Shown here: one piece after another, positions 9,837 through 19,361 of the stretch | Layout of the letters: every line of letters begins with the position of its first letter | Numbering within the stretch: position 1 is the stretch's first letter | Source of the DNA: Elusimicrobiota bacterium | Lineage (GTDB): Bacteria > Elusimicrobiota > Elusimicrobia > UBA1565 > JACRDR01 | Assembly (NCBI GenBank): GCA_041694815.1 | Contig: JBGFSC010000007.1 | Location: 32,001-96,000 of the forward strand | Direction: 5' to 3' | DNA length: 64,000 nt | The notes under the pieces: model-generated | Told to the model about the DNA's origin: nothing | The model's database searches: none | What the model saw: the letters and a program-made list of their open reading frames with translations, nothing else | Program-made: the position numbers and the translations under genes

Positions 9837-10545
9837 TCTCCGCAGCCGGTCCGACGCCCTTTAATCTCCCCCCCGAAAGATAGACGCAACGATCGCAGGT
9901 CGACTTTACCTTGTCCATGTCGTGGCTCACCAGAATGATCGTTTTTCCATCGGCCTTGAGCCGTTCGAAAGCCTTCTGGCATTTCAACATGAATCGCATA
10001 TCCCCAACGGCCAGGGTCTCATCGACGAGGATGATGTCCGAATCCGAGTGGAGCGCCGTGGAGAAGAAGACCCGCGCCTGGAAGCCGCTGGAGAGCTCCA
10101 TGAATTCTGCGTAACGATACGGCTCAAGCTCGCCGAACTCGATAATCCGCTCCAGTCGGCGGTCCATCTCGCGCGAGGCGAGTCCCAGCAGCGCGCCGCA
10201 AAAACGAATGTTGTCTTCGACGCTTAGGGCCGCCAAGGAGGCGCTGCTAAGGCTCAAGATGGGCGTCCGCAGCTCGCCGCGGACCTCGACGCTGCCCGTG
10301 GTCGGCGCCATGATCTCGGCCAGGATCATCAGGAGAGTCGTCTTTCCGGAACCGTTCGGACCGATCACGCCCAGGCTCTCGCCGCGATAGACGTCGAAGG
10401 AGACGTCTCGAAGCGCCCAAAGCTCCTTTTGATTACGCATCACTCCGTTGCGGAGGCTTTTGAACAAGGTCTGCTCCGACCGCGAAGTGATATAAAAACG
10501 TTTGCCGACCGACGAGACCTTGACAACGGCTTCTTTCAAGGTCAT
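9793..10545 (-). CDS. wzt: Polysaccharide ABC exporter ATP-binding subunit (Wzt-like, no C-terminal carbohydrate-binding domain)
   Basis: Likely start MTLKEAVV at 10545 (ATGA overlap with the permease stop); WALRDVSF, GPNGSGKTT, LSSG, IILVDE, VSHD. Confidence 0.9.
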   Translation of the reverse strand: MTLKEAVVKVSSVGKRFYITSRSEQTLFKSLRNGVMRNQKELWALRDVSFDVYRGESLGVIGPNGSGKTTLLMILAEIMAPTTGSVEVRGELRTPILSLSSASLAALSVEDNIRFCGALLGLASREMDRRLERIIEFGELEPYRYAEFMELSSGFQARVFFSTALHSDSDIILVDETLAVGDMRFMLKCQKAFERLKADGKTIILVSHDMDKVKSTCDRCVYLSGGRLKGVGPAAEIVQQFVQDHASKPI

Positions 10546-11315
10546 AGGTGGTCGACGATCGTGCCTTCCTGCGCCCGGAACCAGCGCAGGCCCGCGGCGC
10601 TCATCAAGACGCCTCCCAGGATGAGCCCGGTCACGATCCACGGCGGCGGCACTTGAGAACGCAATAGGCACGCCCGCATGCCGTCCATGATATGGACGAT
10701 CGGATTGAGCATCAGCCAGAACCGCTTGTTCTCGGCGATCAATTGCAGGGGATAGAAGACCGGTACCGCGAAGAAGCCAACCTGCATCACGATGGCCCAA
10801 ATGCGCTCCATGTCGCGGTATTTCAAGGCTAGGCGCGCCAAGAAGAACGACACGCCCGCGACCCACAAAAGCTCGATGACGATCAGCACCGGCAGATAGA
10901 CCCAAGTCCACGCGGCGCCGATGAAGAAAAGGAGAAAGCCGAGCAGGATCAGCAACTCCAACAGATGTGACCAAAGGATGACGGCGATCGCGGAGAGCAC
11001 GACGATTTCCTTGGGAAACTTAAAATTCTTAAGGATACCCCCTTTCGACTGCAGGCTGCGCAAGGCGTTGGAGGTCGCGTTCGCTACGAAGCCCCATTGC
11101 ACCAGCCCGATGATCAGATAGAAGGCGTAGTTAGGTACGTGTTGCCCCATCCACTTGGTAAACAATTGGTACATTACCGTAAATACCAGGGCGGGATTGA
11201 GCAGGGTCCAGAAGAATCCCAAAAGCGTACCCTGATCGCGCAGCTTGAACTCGCACCGAGTCATTTCCCAGAGTAAGTTGCCGTACGTCGACCCCTTGAA
11301 GTGCGCCGGAATCAT
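10542..11315 (-). CDS. wzm: Polysaccharide ABC-2 exporter permease (Wzm-like)
   Basis: EFKLRDQGTLLGFFWTLLNP, YRDMERIW...PVFYP, LNPIVHIMDGMR; about 6 TM segments. Confidence 0.9.
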   Translation of the reverse strand: MIPAHFKGSTYGNLLWEMTRCEFKLRDQGTLLGFFWTLLNPALVFTVMYQLFTKWMGQHVPNYAFYLIIGLVQWGFVANATSNALRSLQSKGGILKNFKFPKEIVVLSAIAVILWSHLLELLILLGFLLFFIGAAWTWVYLPVLIVIELLWVAGVSFFLARLALKYRDMERIWAIVMQVGFFAVPVFYPLQLIAENKRFWLMLNPIVHIMDGMRACLLRSQVPPPWIVTGLILGGVLMSAAGLRWFRAQEGTIVDHL

Positions 11316-11364
11316 GACGTTCCAATGATAGTAAGTATTTTAGGGCCGCGACCATCGCGTTGCG

Positions 11365-14300
11365 GTGGCAGACGGGCATAAGTTAGACTTTTTCGCAAAA
11401 GTGCTTCTTCATAGAGTGGAAGGCACCTCGATGAGTTTCCTCCTCGAGGGCGGTGATCTGATCCTAGCGAAACCCGTGTCCGCCAAAAGCCTTCGTTTCG
11501 GGGATTTGGTCGTCGTCAAGGGGCGGCAAGGGCGTGAATTCCCTCGAAAGATCGTCCACCGCTACTTGGGGAAATTCCGCAAAAACGGGCGACTGTTCCT
11601 GATCACACGCGGCGACGCGCAGGTTTTCTTCGACGAGCCCGTCCCGCAAGAACGCCTGCTCGGCAAGGTCTTTATGGTGCGCCGGAGCCATGGGTGGATC
11701 TCCTTGGAAGCCTGGTGGTCCCGTGCGATCCACGTCCCCATCGGGGCTTATTCCTCATTGATCCACGCCGCCGCCGCGGTGGCCGCCGCCGTCTTCCGCG
11801 CCGCGGCGTTGTTCGCCTATCCGCGAGCGTCGGCGGCTGGTTCCGGGCCGCTTTCCTTACTTTTCTCGACGATCGATGCCTGGTTCCGAGGCGCCGAGCT
11901 CATTCTCCGCGGTATCCTCTCCATCCCAGCCGGCCTGCCGCTGCGCCTGCTCGGCGCCGCCGCGCTGCCGCGCCTGGCGCCTCCGGCGGGCCTGAGCGGC
12001 CGCCTCGAAAACGTAACCCTCCGCGGAACGGTTAAGATATCGGGCGATATCGTAATTCCGGCGGGTTCGACGGTCGTCGTCGAGCCCGGTACTCGGCTGA
12101 TCCATGAGGGAGGACTCGGCGTGCCGGAGATCCTGCGACCCACCAAGACCGGCTGGCGGCCCGCGACTCATCGATCCCATCGCAATTGGATCGTTTACGG
12201 CGCGCTGGACCTCCGAGGCGACCCGTCCAAGCCGGTCGAGCTCTCCGGCAAACGACCGGCCCATTTCCTGTTCCTGGGCCGGTCTCGAGGGAGGCTAGAG
12301 AGTATCCAATCCGCTCCAGGGGCTTCGGCATCCGTCAGTTGCTGGGATTGGTCGAAGGTCGTCGTCGCCGGCTCCGAACTTCGCTTGAGCGCCGCCGTCA
12401 GCGCGTTCGAATCGGCCCGACTCACGGTGCGGGACTCGAGTTTCTCCGGTCCTGATACGGCGTTGTGCGCCGATGACCGCGCGGCGCTATTGTTGCTCCG
12501 AACCTCGTTGAGAGGCTTCCATACCCCGCTCTCGATGAGCCTTCGTTCCCGGACGACTCTGACGGAATGCGTGATCTCCGGCGGCGCCTTCGGCCCGCTC
12601 GTCTCCGGCGCAGCCCGGATCGCGCTGCTTCGCTGCCGGCTGACGGCCGTCCAGGGGGCCCCGCTGCGCCTGCTACACCACTCGGAAACCCGCAGCCGAT
12701 CGACGATCTTCGAATCCTGCGGGGCGGGTGTGCAACTACGTGGACAGGCCGCCTGGCGATCGTCGAAGGACCGGCTTACCGGCTTCGATGGCGCAGCCGT
12801 CCAGGCGTCAGACAAGGCGCACTATTTCGCATACCAATCCCTGCTCGAGCAAAACGGCGTTGGACTCGTGGCGGATGGCGCCGCGACGATCGAGGCCGAA
12901 GGCTTGCGGATCTCGCGCTGCGATCAGGGAATTCGAATAGCCGAACTAGCGCACGCGACTCTTAAGGAGACCCGGATTTCCAACTGCGGACACGGCATCT
13001 TGCAGCTTGACCGCTCCACCGTCAAGGTCGCCCACGCCGCCTGCGATGATTGCGGAAGCGGGTGGTCCGCCGAGGGCAGCGCCTCGATCAGCGCCAAAGG
13101 GCTTTCGATATCGAGAGCAAAAGGCCATGGCATGTCGCTCAAGGGGAACGCGGCCTTCCGAGGCGACCTCACCGCGGAGTCCTGCGGGGAGGCGGGCCTC
13201 TTCCTGGCCGGCAACGCCGCTGCCGAGCTCGTCGACGGCCGCCTGGACGGCAACCGCACTGGTTTGCTGGCAATCTCGGGTCGCTCCATCCTCGCTTCAA
13301 CCTCCGCTTTTAACAACCACGAAGTGGGCTGCGATTTTCAAAACGGAGAACACGTCCAGAAGGCGGTCCGGATCGTCGGTTCGCCGATCGGGATAGGCGC
13401 CTACAAGCAGGCGCGGGTCAATCTGGAAGGATGCGAAATCACCGGTTGCGGCACCGGCGCGTTCTTGCAGGATGCCTCCAGCTTGGACGGCCGCGCGCTC
13501 TCATTGACAGGCTGCGGCATTGGCTGCATCGCGGAAGGCGCCGCGCGGTTCGAGGCGGCGGACCTCGAAATCTTCGGAGCCGGATCGCATGGGATTTGGC
13601 TCAAGGATAAGTCCGTCGTCACCGGCAATCTGACGATCGCCTCCTGCGGGGGCCCTGGAATATATCTCACAGGCGAGGAGGCTTCTCTTTTCTTGTCGAA
13701 AGGCATCTTACGGGAGAATCGAGCCGGCTTGATGGCCCTATCAGGCCATTCAAGGCTCTGCGCCGTTCTGCTCGAAAAAAATAGGGAGATCGGCATAAGC
13801 CTACAAGGCGGGCGACACGTGGGTAAGGAGCTTCACATAAATGATTCTCCGATAGGGCTTGGGACCTATCGGCAAGCGCGGACCGACCTTGAGGGATGCG
13901 AGATCGCCAACTGCGCCACCGGCTTCTTCCTGCAAGACGCCTCGATCATGAGCTCCAGCGGACTGTTGATCAAGAACTGCGAGGTCGGCTGCATCGCGGA
14001 AGGCGCCGCGCGGTTCGAGGCGAAACAGGCTGAAATACTCTGTAGCGTGTCGCATGGGATTTGGCTCAAGGATAATTCGCTCTTGACCGGCTTTCTCACG
14101 GTCCGGGATTCGGGAGGCCCGGGCCTCTACCTAACGGGTGACTCCCGGGCCGAACTCTCCGGCGGAGGCTTTTTTAACAACCGAACGGGCATGCTCGCCC
14201 TGGCGGGAAGCTCTAGATTGGCGAACATGGATTTCATCGGCAATCGCGAAATCGCCTTGAGCGTTCACGGAGGCAGGCATTCTCTGCAAAGCGGCTCCCT

Positions 14301-16671
14301 GAGGGATTCTCCATCGGGCTTGGAGACATATGGCGACGGCAGGCTGGAATTCGAACATTGCCGCGTTTCGCGATGCCGGCAGGGCGCGCATTTGCAGGAC
14401 CGGTCCATCCTAAGCACCCTCGAGAGCGCGATCGAAGACTGCGGCATCGGCTGCATTGCGGAAGCCAATTCCTCCATCGAGGCGAACGGCCTAGGCGTGA
14501 CGCGTTCCGCCTCCCATGGCGTTTGGCTGAAAGGATGCGCGCGCTTGGCCGGCATCCTCTCCGCCGCACGTTGCGGCGGTCCTGGCATCTACATCACCGA
14601 CGAAGCGCGCGCAGAGCTGTGCGGGGGCCGACTGCAAGAAAATCGCGCGGGACTGCTAGCAATGTCGGGGACTGCCGTATTGCGCGACGTCTCGCTGGAG
14701 GCGAACCTGGACATCGGCATCAGCCTTCAGGGCGGCCGCCATCGCTTGGAGGCCACGGTGTTGGGGGGGTCTCCGGCCGGCATCGGGATTTATGGCGAGA
14801 CCACCGCCGATCTTACCAATTGCCGCTTGGAGTTGTGCCAACAAGCCATCTCACTTTTCGACCGCGCCGTCATGACTGGACGTAAAATCGTCATCGCCGG
14901 CTGCAATATCGGCTGCGTCTTGGAAAATGAGGCTCGCTGCGAGGCAGAAAGACTGGAAATTTCCGGAGCCCGCCTGCACGGGTTTTGGCTCAAGGGGAAA
15001 TCGCTGCTAACCGGTTCCTTGATCGTCCGAGGTTGCGGCGGGCCGGGCGTTTACCTGACAGAGGAGGCGCGCGCCGAGCTCACCGGAGGCGAATTGACTG
15101 GCAACCGAGTGGGCTTACTGGCCCTCTCGGGAACCTCGCTTCTAAGGAAAGTGAACCTCATAGAAAATCGCGAGATCGCCTTTAGCGCGCAGACAGGCAC
15201 GCACCGCCTCCTAGAGAGTTTACTGAGAGACTCCCCTATCGGGGTGGGGGCGCACGGTCGGGGGCGGGTCGAGCTTGAGGGAACTTCGATCGGCGCCTGC
15301 CACCAAGGAGTGTTGTTGCAGGAGGAGGCCGCACTGAGCGCCAAGAGCGCCACTATAACGGATTGCGAGCTTACCTGCATCGCGGAAGGGAGTACCTCCA
15401 TCGACGCCGAGGGGCTGACCATTACACGCTCGGCTTCTCACGGCGTTTGGCTCAAGGAGCGGGCTTTTCTTTTAGGCCGGATCTCCGTCAGCAGCTGCGG
15501 CGGGCCGGGCGTTTACCTGACAGAGGAGGCGCGCGCCGAGCTCACCGGAGGCGAATTGACTGGCAACCGAGTGGGGCTGGCGGCGCTCTCCTCCGAGTCG
15601 GAGATCCAAGGCGTTGCGATCGTAGGAAACAGAGAGACTGGATGCGGAATAGAAGGCGGCAGCCATCGCCTAACTGGAGTCCGCATTGAAGGCTCGCCCA
15701 CGGCTCTGTCGGTCCATAACCAGGCGCGCGTCGAGCTCGTCGACTGTCGGTTTTCGTCAAGCCGCTACGGCGTGCTCGCGCGGGACAGGGCGTTTTTGAC
15801 GGCTCGCGGCGTCGAGAGCAACGCCTGCGAAGTCGGCTGGTTCCTCGAGGGCGCATCCTCGGTCGCCGCAAGAAGCGCGAAAGCTAGCGACTGTTCGCTC
15901 CACGGCATCTGGCTCACGGATTTCTCCTACTTAAGCGGGACGGCCGAGGTCTCATCCTGCGCAGGAACCGGAATTTATCTTGACAGCGATGCCGTACTGG
16001 AATTGACCGCCGGCCGCGTCCACGGCAATCGCGCGGGAATCGTGGCATTATCGGGAACATCCAAATTAGAGAATCTGGAAGTCTTTAACAACCGAAAGAT
16101 CGGCCTAAGCCTCCAAAACGGCTTCCACCGGCTAGTCTCGGTCTCCGTCCTAGGATCGTCGCTTGGCGTCGGCGTTTATGCGACAACGGAGGCGGAACTG
16201 CTCGATTGCCGCATCGCCGCTGCGGAGGTTGGCATCGCATGCATGGGACGCTCCCATACGCTCTTGGCGCGATGCGCCTTCACCGGGGGCCGGATCGGGC
16301 TCTGGCTGCAGGAGCACGCACACGCCAAGGCATTCCTGTGCAGATTCAGCGGACACGCACCTTACGGGGCACGGATCAGCCATCGTGCGCAGGGAATGAT
16401 CCACGCCAGTTCTTTCATCGATAACCGTGGAATCGCCTTGCTAGCGGAAGAAGGCGGCTGCGCGCGCGTGGACGCCAGCATATTCATCGGCAACCCGACC
16501 GGAATTAAGCTGGCCGACGACAGCCGCGCCTGGATCCGATCGAATCGCATCTTCGATGCGGCCGTCGATAGCGTCTGGTGTCTCCGCGGAAACGCGCGAA
16601 CCTTCACCGGTAACCGAGTGGAAAACTCGCGCCGGATTCATGAGCCGCTATTCTCGAGCTTGCGGAAATAA
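11365..16671 (+). CDS. S24/S26-family peptidase domain fused to a giant parallel beta-helix repeat region (1768 aa)
   Basis: N-terminal VEGTSM...GDLVVV...IVHRY...ITRGDA (Ser-His signal-peptidase type), a hydrophobic segment, then >1400 aa of beta-helix repeats. Confidence 0.8.
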   Translation: MADGHKLDFFAKVLLHRVEGTSMSFLLEGGDLILAKPVSAKSLRFGDLVVVKGRQGREFPRKIVHRYLGKFRKNGRLFLITRGDAQVFFDEPVPQERLLGKVFMVRRSHGWISLEAWWSRAIHVPIGAYSSLIHAAAAVAAAVFRAAALFAYPRASAAGSGPLSLLFSTIDAWFRGAELILRGILSIPAGLPLRLLGAAALPRLAPPAGLSGRLENVTLRGTVKISGDIVIPAGSTVVVEPGTRLIHEGGLGVPEILRPTKTGWRPATHRSHRNWIVYGALDLRGDPSKPVELSGKRPAHFLFLGRSRGRLESIQSAPGASASVSCWDWSKVVVAGSELRLSAAVSAFESARLTVRDSSFSGPDTALCADDRAALLLLRTSLRGFHTPLSMSLRSRTTLTECVISGGAFGPLVSGAARIALLRCRLTAVQGAPLRLLHHSETRSRSTIFESCGAGVQLRGQAAWRSSKDRLTGFDGAAVQASDKAHYFAYQSLLEQNGVGLVADGAATIEAEGLRISRCDQGIRIAELAHATLKETRISNCGHGILQLDRSTVKVAHAACDDCGSGWSAEGSASISAKGLSISRAKGHGMSLKGNAAFRGDLTAESCGEAGLFLAGNAAAELVDGRLDGNRTGLLAISGRSILASTSAFNNHEVGCDFQNGEHVQKAVRIVGSPIGIGAYKQARVNLEGCEITGCGTGAFLQDASSLDGRALSLTGCGIGCIAEGAARFEAADLEIFGAGSHGIWLKDKSVVTGNLTIASCGGPGIYLTGEEASLFLSKGILRENRAGLMALSGHSRLCAVLLEKNREIGISLQGGRHVGKELHINDSPIGLGTYRQARTDLEGCEIANCATGFFLQDASIMSSSGLLIKNCEVGCIAEGAARFEAKQAEILCSVSHGIWLKDNSLLTGFLTVRDSGGPGLYLTGDSRAELSGGGFFNNRTGMLALAGSSRLANMDFIGNREIALSVHGGRHSLQSGSLRDSPSGLETYGDGRLEFEHCRVSRCRQGAHLQDRSILSTLESAIEDCGIGCIAEANSSIEANGLGVTRSASHGVWLKGCARLAGILSAARCGGPGIYITDEARAELCGGRLQENRAGLLAMSGTAVLRDVSLEANLDIGISLQGGRHRLEATVLGGSPAGIGIYGETTADLTNCRLELCQQAISLFDRAVMTGRKIVIAGCNIGCVLENEARCEAERLEISGARLHGFWLKGKSLLTGSLIVRGCGGPGVYLTEEARAELTGGELTGNRVGLLALSGTSLLRKVNLIENREIAFSAQTGTHRLLESLLRDSPIGVGAHGRGRVELEGTSIGACHQGVLLQEEAALSAKSATITDCELTCIAEGSTSIDAEGLTITRSASHGVWLKERAFLLGRISVSSCGGPGVYLTEEARAELTGGELTGNRVGLAALSSESEIQGVAIVGNRETGCGIEGGSHRLTGVRIEGSPTALSVHNQARVELVDCRFSSSRYGVLARDRAFLTARGVESNACEVGWFLEGASSVAARSAKASDCSLHGIWLTDFSYLSGTAEVSSCAGTGIYLDSDAVLELTAGRVHGNRAGIVALSGTSKLENLEVFNNRKIGLSLQNGFHRLVSVSVLGSSLGVGVYATTEAELLDCRIAAAEVGIACMGRSHTLLARCAFTGGRIGLWLQEHAHAKAFLCRFSGHAPYGARISHRAQGMIHASSFIDNRGIALLAEEGGCARVDASIFIGNPTGIKLADDSRAWIRSNRIFDAAVDSVWCLRGNARTFTGNRVENSRRIHEPLFSSLRK
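13126..16362 (+). repeat. Seven intragenic ~154-aa (462-nt) tandem repeats
   Basis: HG(I/V/F/M)(W/S)L(K/T) motif starts at 13126, 13588, 14053, 14515, 14977, 15439 and 15901; 15034-15113 is identical to 15496-15575 (80 bp). Confidence 0.9.
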
Positions 16672-16674
16672 TTA

Positions 16675-17886
16675 TTGGTATCATCCACAATAATGGCTAC
16701 GCCCTCAAACGCACTTCCGCTGAAGCACAATGTACGGACCATGATCCGTTTGGGCGCCGATCCCATTGGAACGCTGGAGCGCGCCTACGTCCAAGATGTA
16801 CTCGACGGCCAGCGTCTTTCTTACGGCCCCTTCGTGGGCCGCTTTGAACGGCTTTTCGCGGAGGTGCACGCCTGCCGGTTCGCCGTATTCTGCAATAGCG
16901 GAACCAGCGCGCTGGAGGCCTCGATCCAAGCGCTTCGGGAGCTACATGGATGGCGCGATGGCGACGAGGTCGTCCTTCCGGCAGTGACCTTCGCAGCGAC
17001 CTTGCATGCGGTACTTAACAATCGCCTGCAGCCCGCATTCGTGGATGTCGATCCGCAGACCTTCCACATCGACGCGGCGAGAATCGAAGCAGCGATCGGG
17101 ATGCGTACCCGCGCGATCGTCCCGGTGCATCTCGCGGGCCTACCCTGCGACATGGACCCGATCCTTGAGATCGCGCGACGCCGCGGTCTGCTCATCCTAG
17201 AGGACTCCTGCCAAACGATGTATGCCCGATACCACGACCGGCCCGTTGGCTCATTGGGAGATGTGGGCTGCTTCTCAATGAATGTCGCCCACCATATCGA
17301 TGCCGGCATCGGCGGGATCGCGACCTCCAACCGTCCGGAGCTGGCCGATCTGATCCGCAGCCTGGTCAATTACGGACGCGACTCGAGAGAACTCGCAACC
17401 AACTCGCGACGATCCCGAACGCGCGCCGCCTCCATAGCGCGGCCGGCTCATAATTTTAGGCCCTCGGAACTCGAGGCGGCGATCGCCCTTGCCCAATTAG
17501 AACGTCGGGACGATATCGTGGCCGGTCGGAGACGTTCCGCGGAAACATATGCCGTCGGCCTAGCAGACCTACAAGATCGGCTTCAATTGCCCTCGATTCC
17601 GCCTGATCGCGAACATGCCTTCATGTTCTTTCCTCTGGTACTCAAACAGGGATTGAAGCATCCTCTCTTAAGGTTTCTGCAATCCAAAGGCATCGAAACG
17701 CGTGAGCTAGTCCCTTTGTTAAATCAGCCGATCTGCAAACGCCTCTTTGGCAATCTCGCTAAAGAGTACCCAGTAGCGCGCCGGCTCAACGCCCAGGCCT
17801 TTTGCATCGGCTGCCACCAGGACCTTTTGCGGGAAGACCAGCTCTACGTAGTAGAGCAGCTTCACCTCTATTTTGCGGACCACTAA
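16675..17886 (+). CDS. DegT/DnrJ/EryC1/StrS-fold PLP enzyme, His-type (probable NDP-sugar 3-dehydratase)
   Basis: CNSGTSAL, VPVHLAGLPCDM, ILEDSCQ; active-site segment FSMNVAHHIDAGIGG has His where aminotransferases have Lys. Confidence 0.85.
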   Translation: MVSSTIMATPSNALPLKHNVRTMIRLGADPIGTLERAYVQDVLDGQRLSYGPFVGRFERLFAEVHACRFAVFCNSGTSALEASIQALRELHGWRDGDEVVLPAVTFAATLHAVLNNRLQPAFVDVDPQTFHIDAARIEAAIGMRTRAIVPVHLAGLPCDMDPILEIARRRGLLILEDSCQTMYARYHDRPVGSLGDVGCFSMNVAHHIDAGIGGIATSNRPELADLIRSLVNYGRDSRELATNSRRSRTRAASIARPAHNFRPSELEAAIALAQLERRDDIVAGRRRSAETYAVGLADLQDRLQLPSIPPDREHAFMFFPLVLKQGLKHPLLRFLQSKGIETRELVPLLNQPICKRLFGNLAKEYPVARRLNAQAFCIGCHQDLLREDQLYVVEQLHLYFADH

Positions 17887-17892
17887 CGCCTT

Positions 17893-18882
17893 ATGCGGAT
17901 GTTGATCCTGGGTGGCACCGGATTCCTAGGGAGGCACCTCGTTGAGGCCGCGTCGGCACGCGGTCACCGCATCGTCCTCTTCAACCGCGGAATCACCGCT
18001 CCAAGACTCTTTCCGGAACTCGAGACCTTACGCGGGGACCGCCGGGGACCGCTTTCGCCGCTCGAGCACCGAACGTGGGACGCAGTCGTCGATACCTGCG
18101 GGTATTACCCGTGGGAAGTGGACCGTTGCGTCCGCGCCCTTGCCGCCAAGGTTGGCCACTACCTATTCGTGTCCAGCATAGCGGTCTACGCTGATTTCGG
18201 GAAACATCGAATCACCGAGAACGAACCGACGATCGAGCCGGTGTCTGGAATCGGGGGGTTCTGCGGCGAAGTGACCTTAGACAATTACGGATCCTTGAAG
18301 TCGGAATGTGAACGATCACTGTCGAGCCTACTGCCAGAACGGGCCCTCACCATCCGTCCCGGGGTCATCGTGGGTCCCTGGGATCCCCTGGACCGGCTGG
18401 GTTACTGGGTCCGCAAAGCGCGGGAACCGGAGGGAGCCGCACCGGGCAGGCCGGAACGCGCCATCCAACTCATCGATGTCCGCGATCTCGCGCTATGGAT
18501 GGTCCGGATGCTCGAAGCAGGTCAGACCGGAGTTTTCAACGCGTCGGGCCCCGGGGAACCCCTCACCATGAACCGCATCCTTGAGGCCTGCGCCCGGCGG
18601 CACGCGCAGCGCACTCGGTGGACATGGGTTGCTGATTCCATTTTGGTTGCCAACGGGATCAGACGCCTGCCGCTGTGGATGCCTGAAGACAAGAACAACG
18701 CCGGTTTTTTTAACGTAGATTCGAGCAAGGCCGTCCAAGAAGGCCTTGCCTTTCGCCCTTTCGCGGAAACCGTCGATGCCGTCGCCCGTTGGGCGGAGGG
18801 GTGCCAGGTACCGACGCCTTTCGGCTTGACGCCAGACCAAGAACGGAGCCTCATCGCGACCACGGCTCGCAATGTCGGCTAA
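17893..18882 (+). CDS. NAD-dependent epimerase/dehydratase (extended/atypical SDR)
   Basis: LILGGTGFLG, FNRG, YGSLKSECE (YxxxK), IRPGVIVGP, IDVRDLA. Confidence 0.88.
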   Translation: MRMLILGGTGFLGRHLVEAASARGHRIVLFNRGITAPRLFPELETLRGDRRGPLSPLEHRTWDAVVDTCGYYPWEVDRCVRALAAKVGHYLFVSSIAVYADFGKHRITENEPTIEPVSGIGGFCGEVTLDNYGSLKSECERSLSSLLPERALTIRPGVIVGPWDPLDRLGYWVRKAREPEGAAPGRPERAIQLIDVRDLALWMVRMLEAGQTGVFNASGPGEPLTMNRILEACARRHAQRTRWTWVADSILVANGIRRLPLWMPEDKNNAGFFNVDSSKAVQEGLAFRPFAETVDAVARWAEGCQVPTPFGLTPDQERSLIATTARNVG

Positions 18883-18908
18883 CTACTAGTGGGGCGGCAA
18901 AAAAACTA

Positions 18909-18937
18909 TTGACAGGATAAATTCAGTCTATTAGCAT
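18909..18937 (+). promoter_or_regulatory. Sigma70-type promoter for the peptide/RRE operon
   Basis: TTGACA (18909-14), 17 nt spacer, TAGCAT (18932-37), with an A-rich tract upstream; 10 nt before ATG 18948. Confidence 0.75.
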
Positions 18938-18947
18938 ATGGTGTCCC

Positions 18948-19058
18948 ATGAAAAAGCCGCGTAATAAGGGCAAGAACAAGAAGAGGAAGTGGACCCCGCC
19001 GACCCTGACTCGACACGATCAAATCTACTCCTCTCCCGTCGCGGCGTATCCTAGCTAA
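18948..19058 (+). CDS. Putative RiPP precursor peptide, 36 aa
   Basis: Hand translation MKKPRNKGKNKKRKWTPPTLTRHDQIYSSPVAAYPS*; Lys-rich N-terminus plus WxxPxL motif; 14 nt upstream of a PqqD gene. Confidence 0.8.
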   Translation: MKKPRNKGKNKKRKWTPPTLTRHDQIYSSPVAAYPS

Positions 19059-19072
19059 CAGCCCGACAGCTC

Positions 19073-19357
19073 ATGCCGCCGAAGGATTTCAAGAATAAAT
19101 CCATCCGTCGCAATCCACGCGTGGCATGGAGGATGGTCGGGGAAGAAGCGGTGCTCGTTCACCTGGAAAGGAATTTCTATTTTACCCTCGATGCAGTGGG
19201 CTCCCGGATTTGGCAGAATCTTGACTCCGAAACCTCCTGGGATGGTCTGGCCGCCTGGGCGAAAAAAGAATACGATGGGCCTGAAAAAGCCATCGAATCT
19301 GATTTGAGCCGTTTCATTGATCAAATGGCCAAGGAAAACATCATTCTTGTCGGCTGA
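19073..19357 (+). CDS. PqqD-family RiPP recognition element (stand-alone RRE)
   Basis: 94 aa; RRNPRVAWRMVGEEAVLV...YFTLDAVGSRIWQNL...EYD...IESDLSRFIDQMAKENII is the typical PqqD pattern. Confidence 0.92.
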   Translation: MPPKDFKNKSIRRNPRVAWRMVGEEAVLVHLERNFYFTLDAVGSRIWQNLDSETSWDGLAAWAKKEYDGPEKAIESDLSRFIDQMAKENIILVG

Positions 19358-19361
19358 AACG

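Noticed and set aside
13126..16362. CRISPR array or DGR template/variable repeat
   Set aside because: The repeats are in-frame coding units without spacers; differences are not adenine-specific and no cas or reverse transcriptase gene is present.
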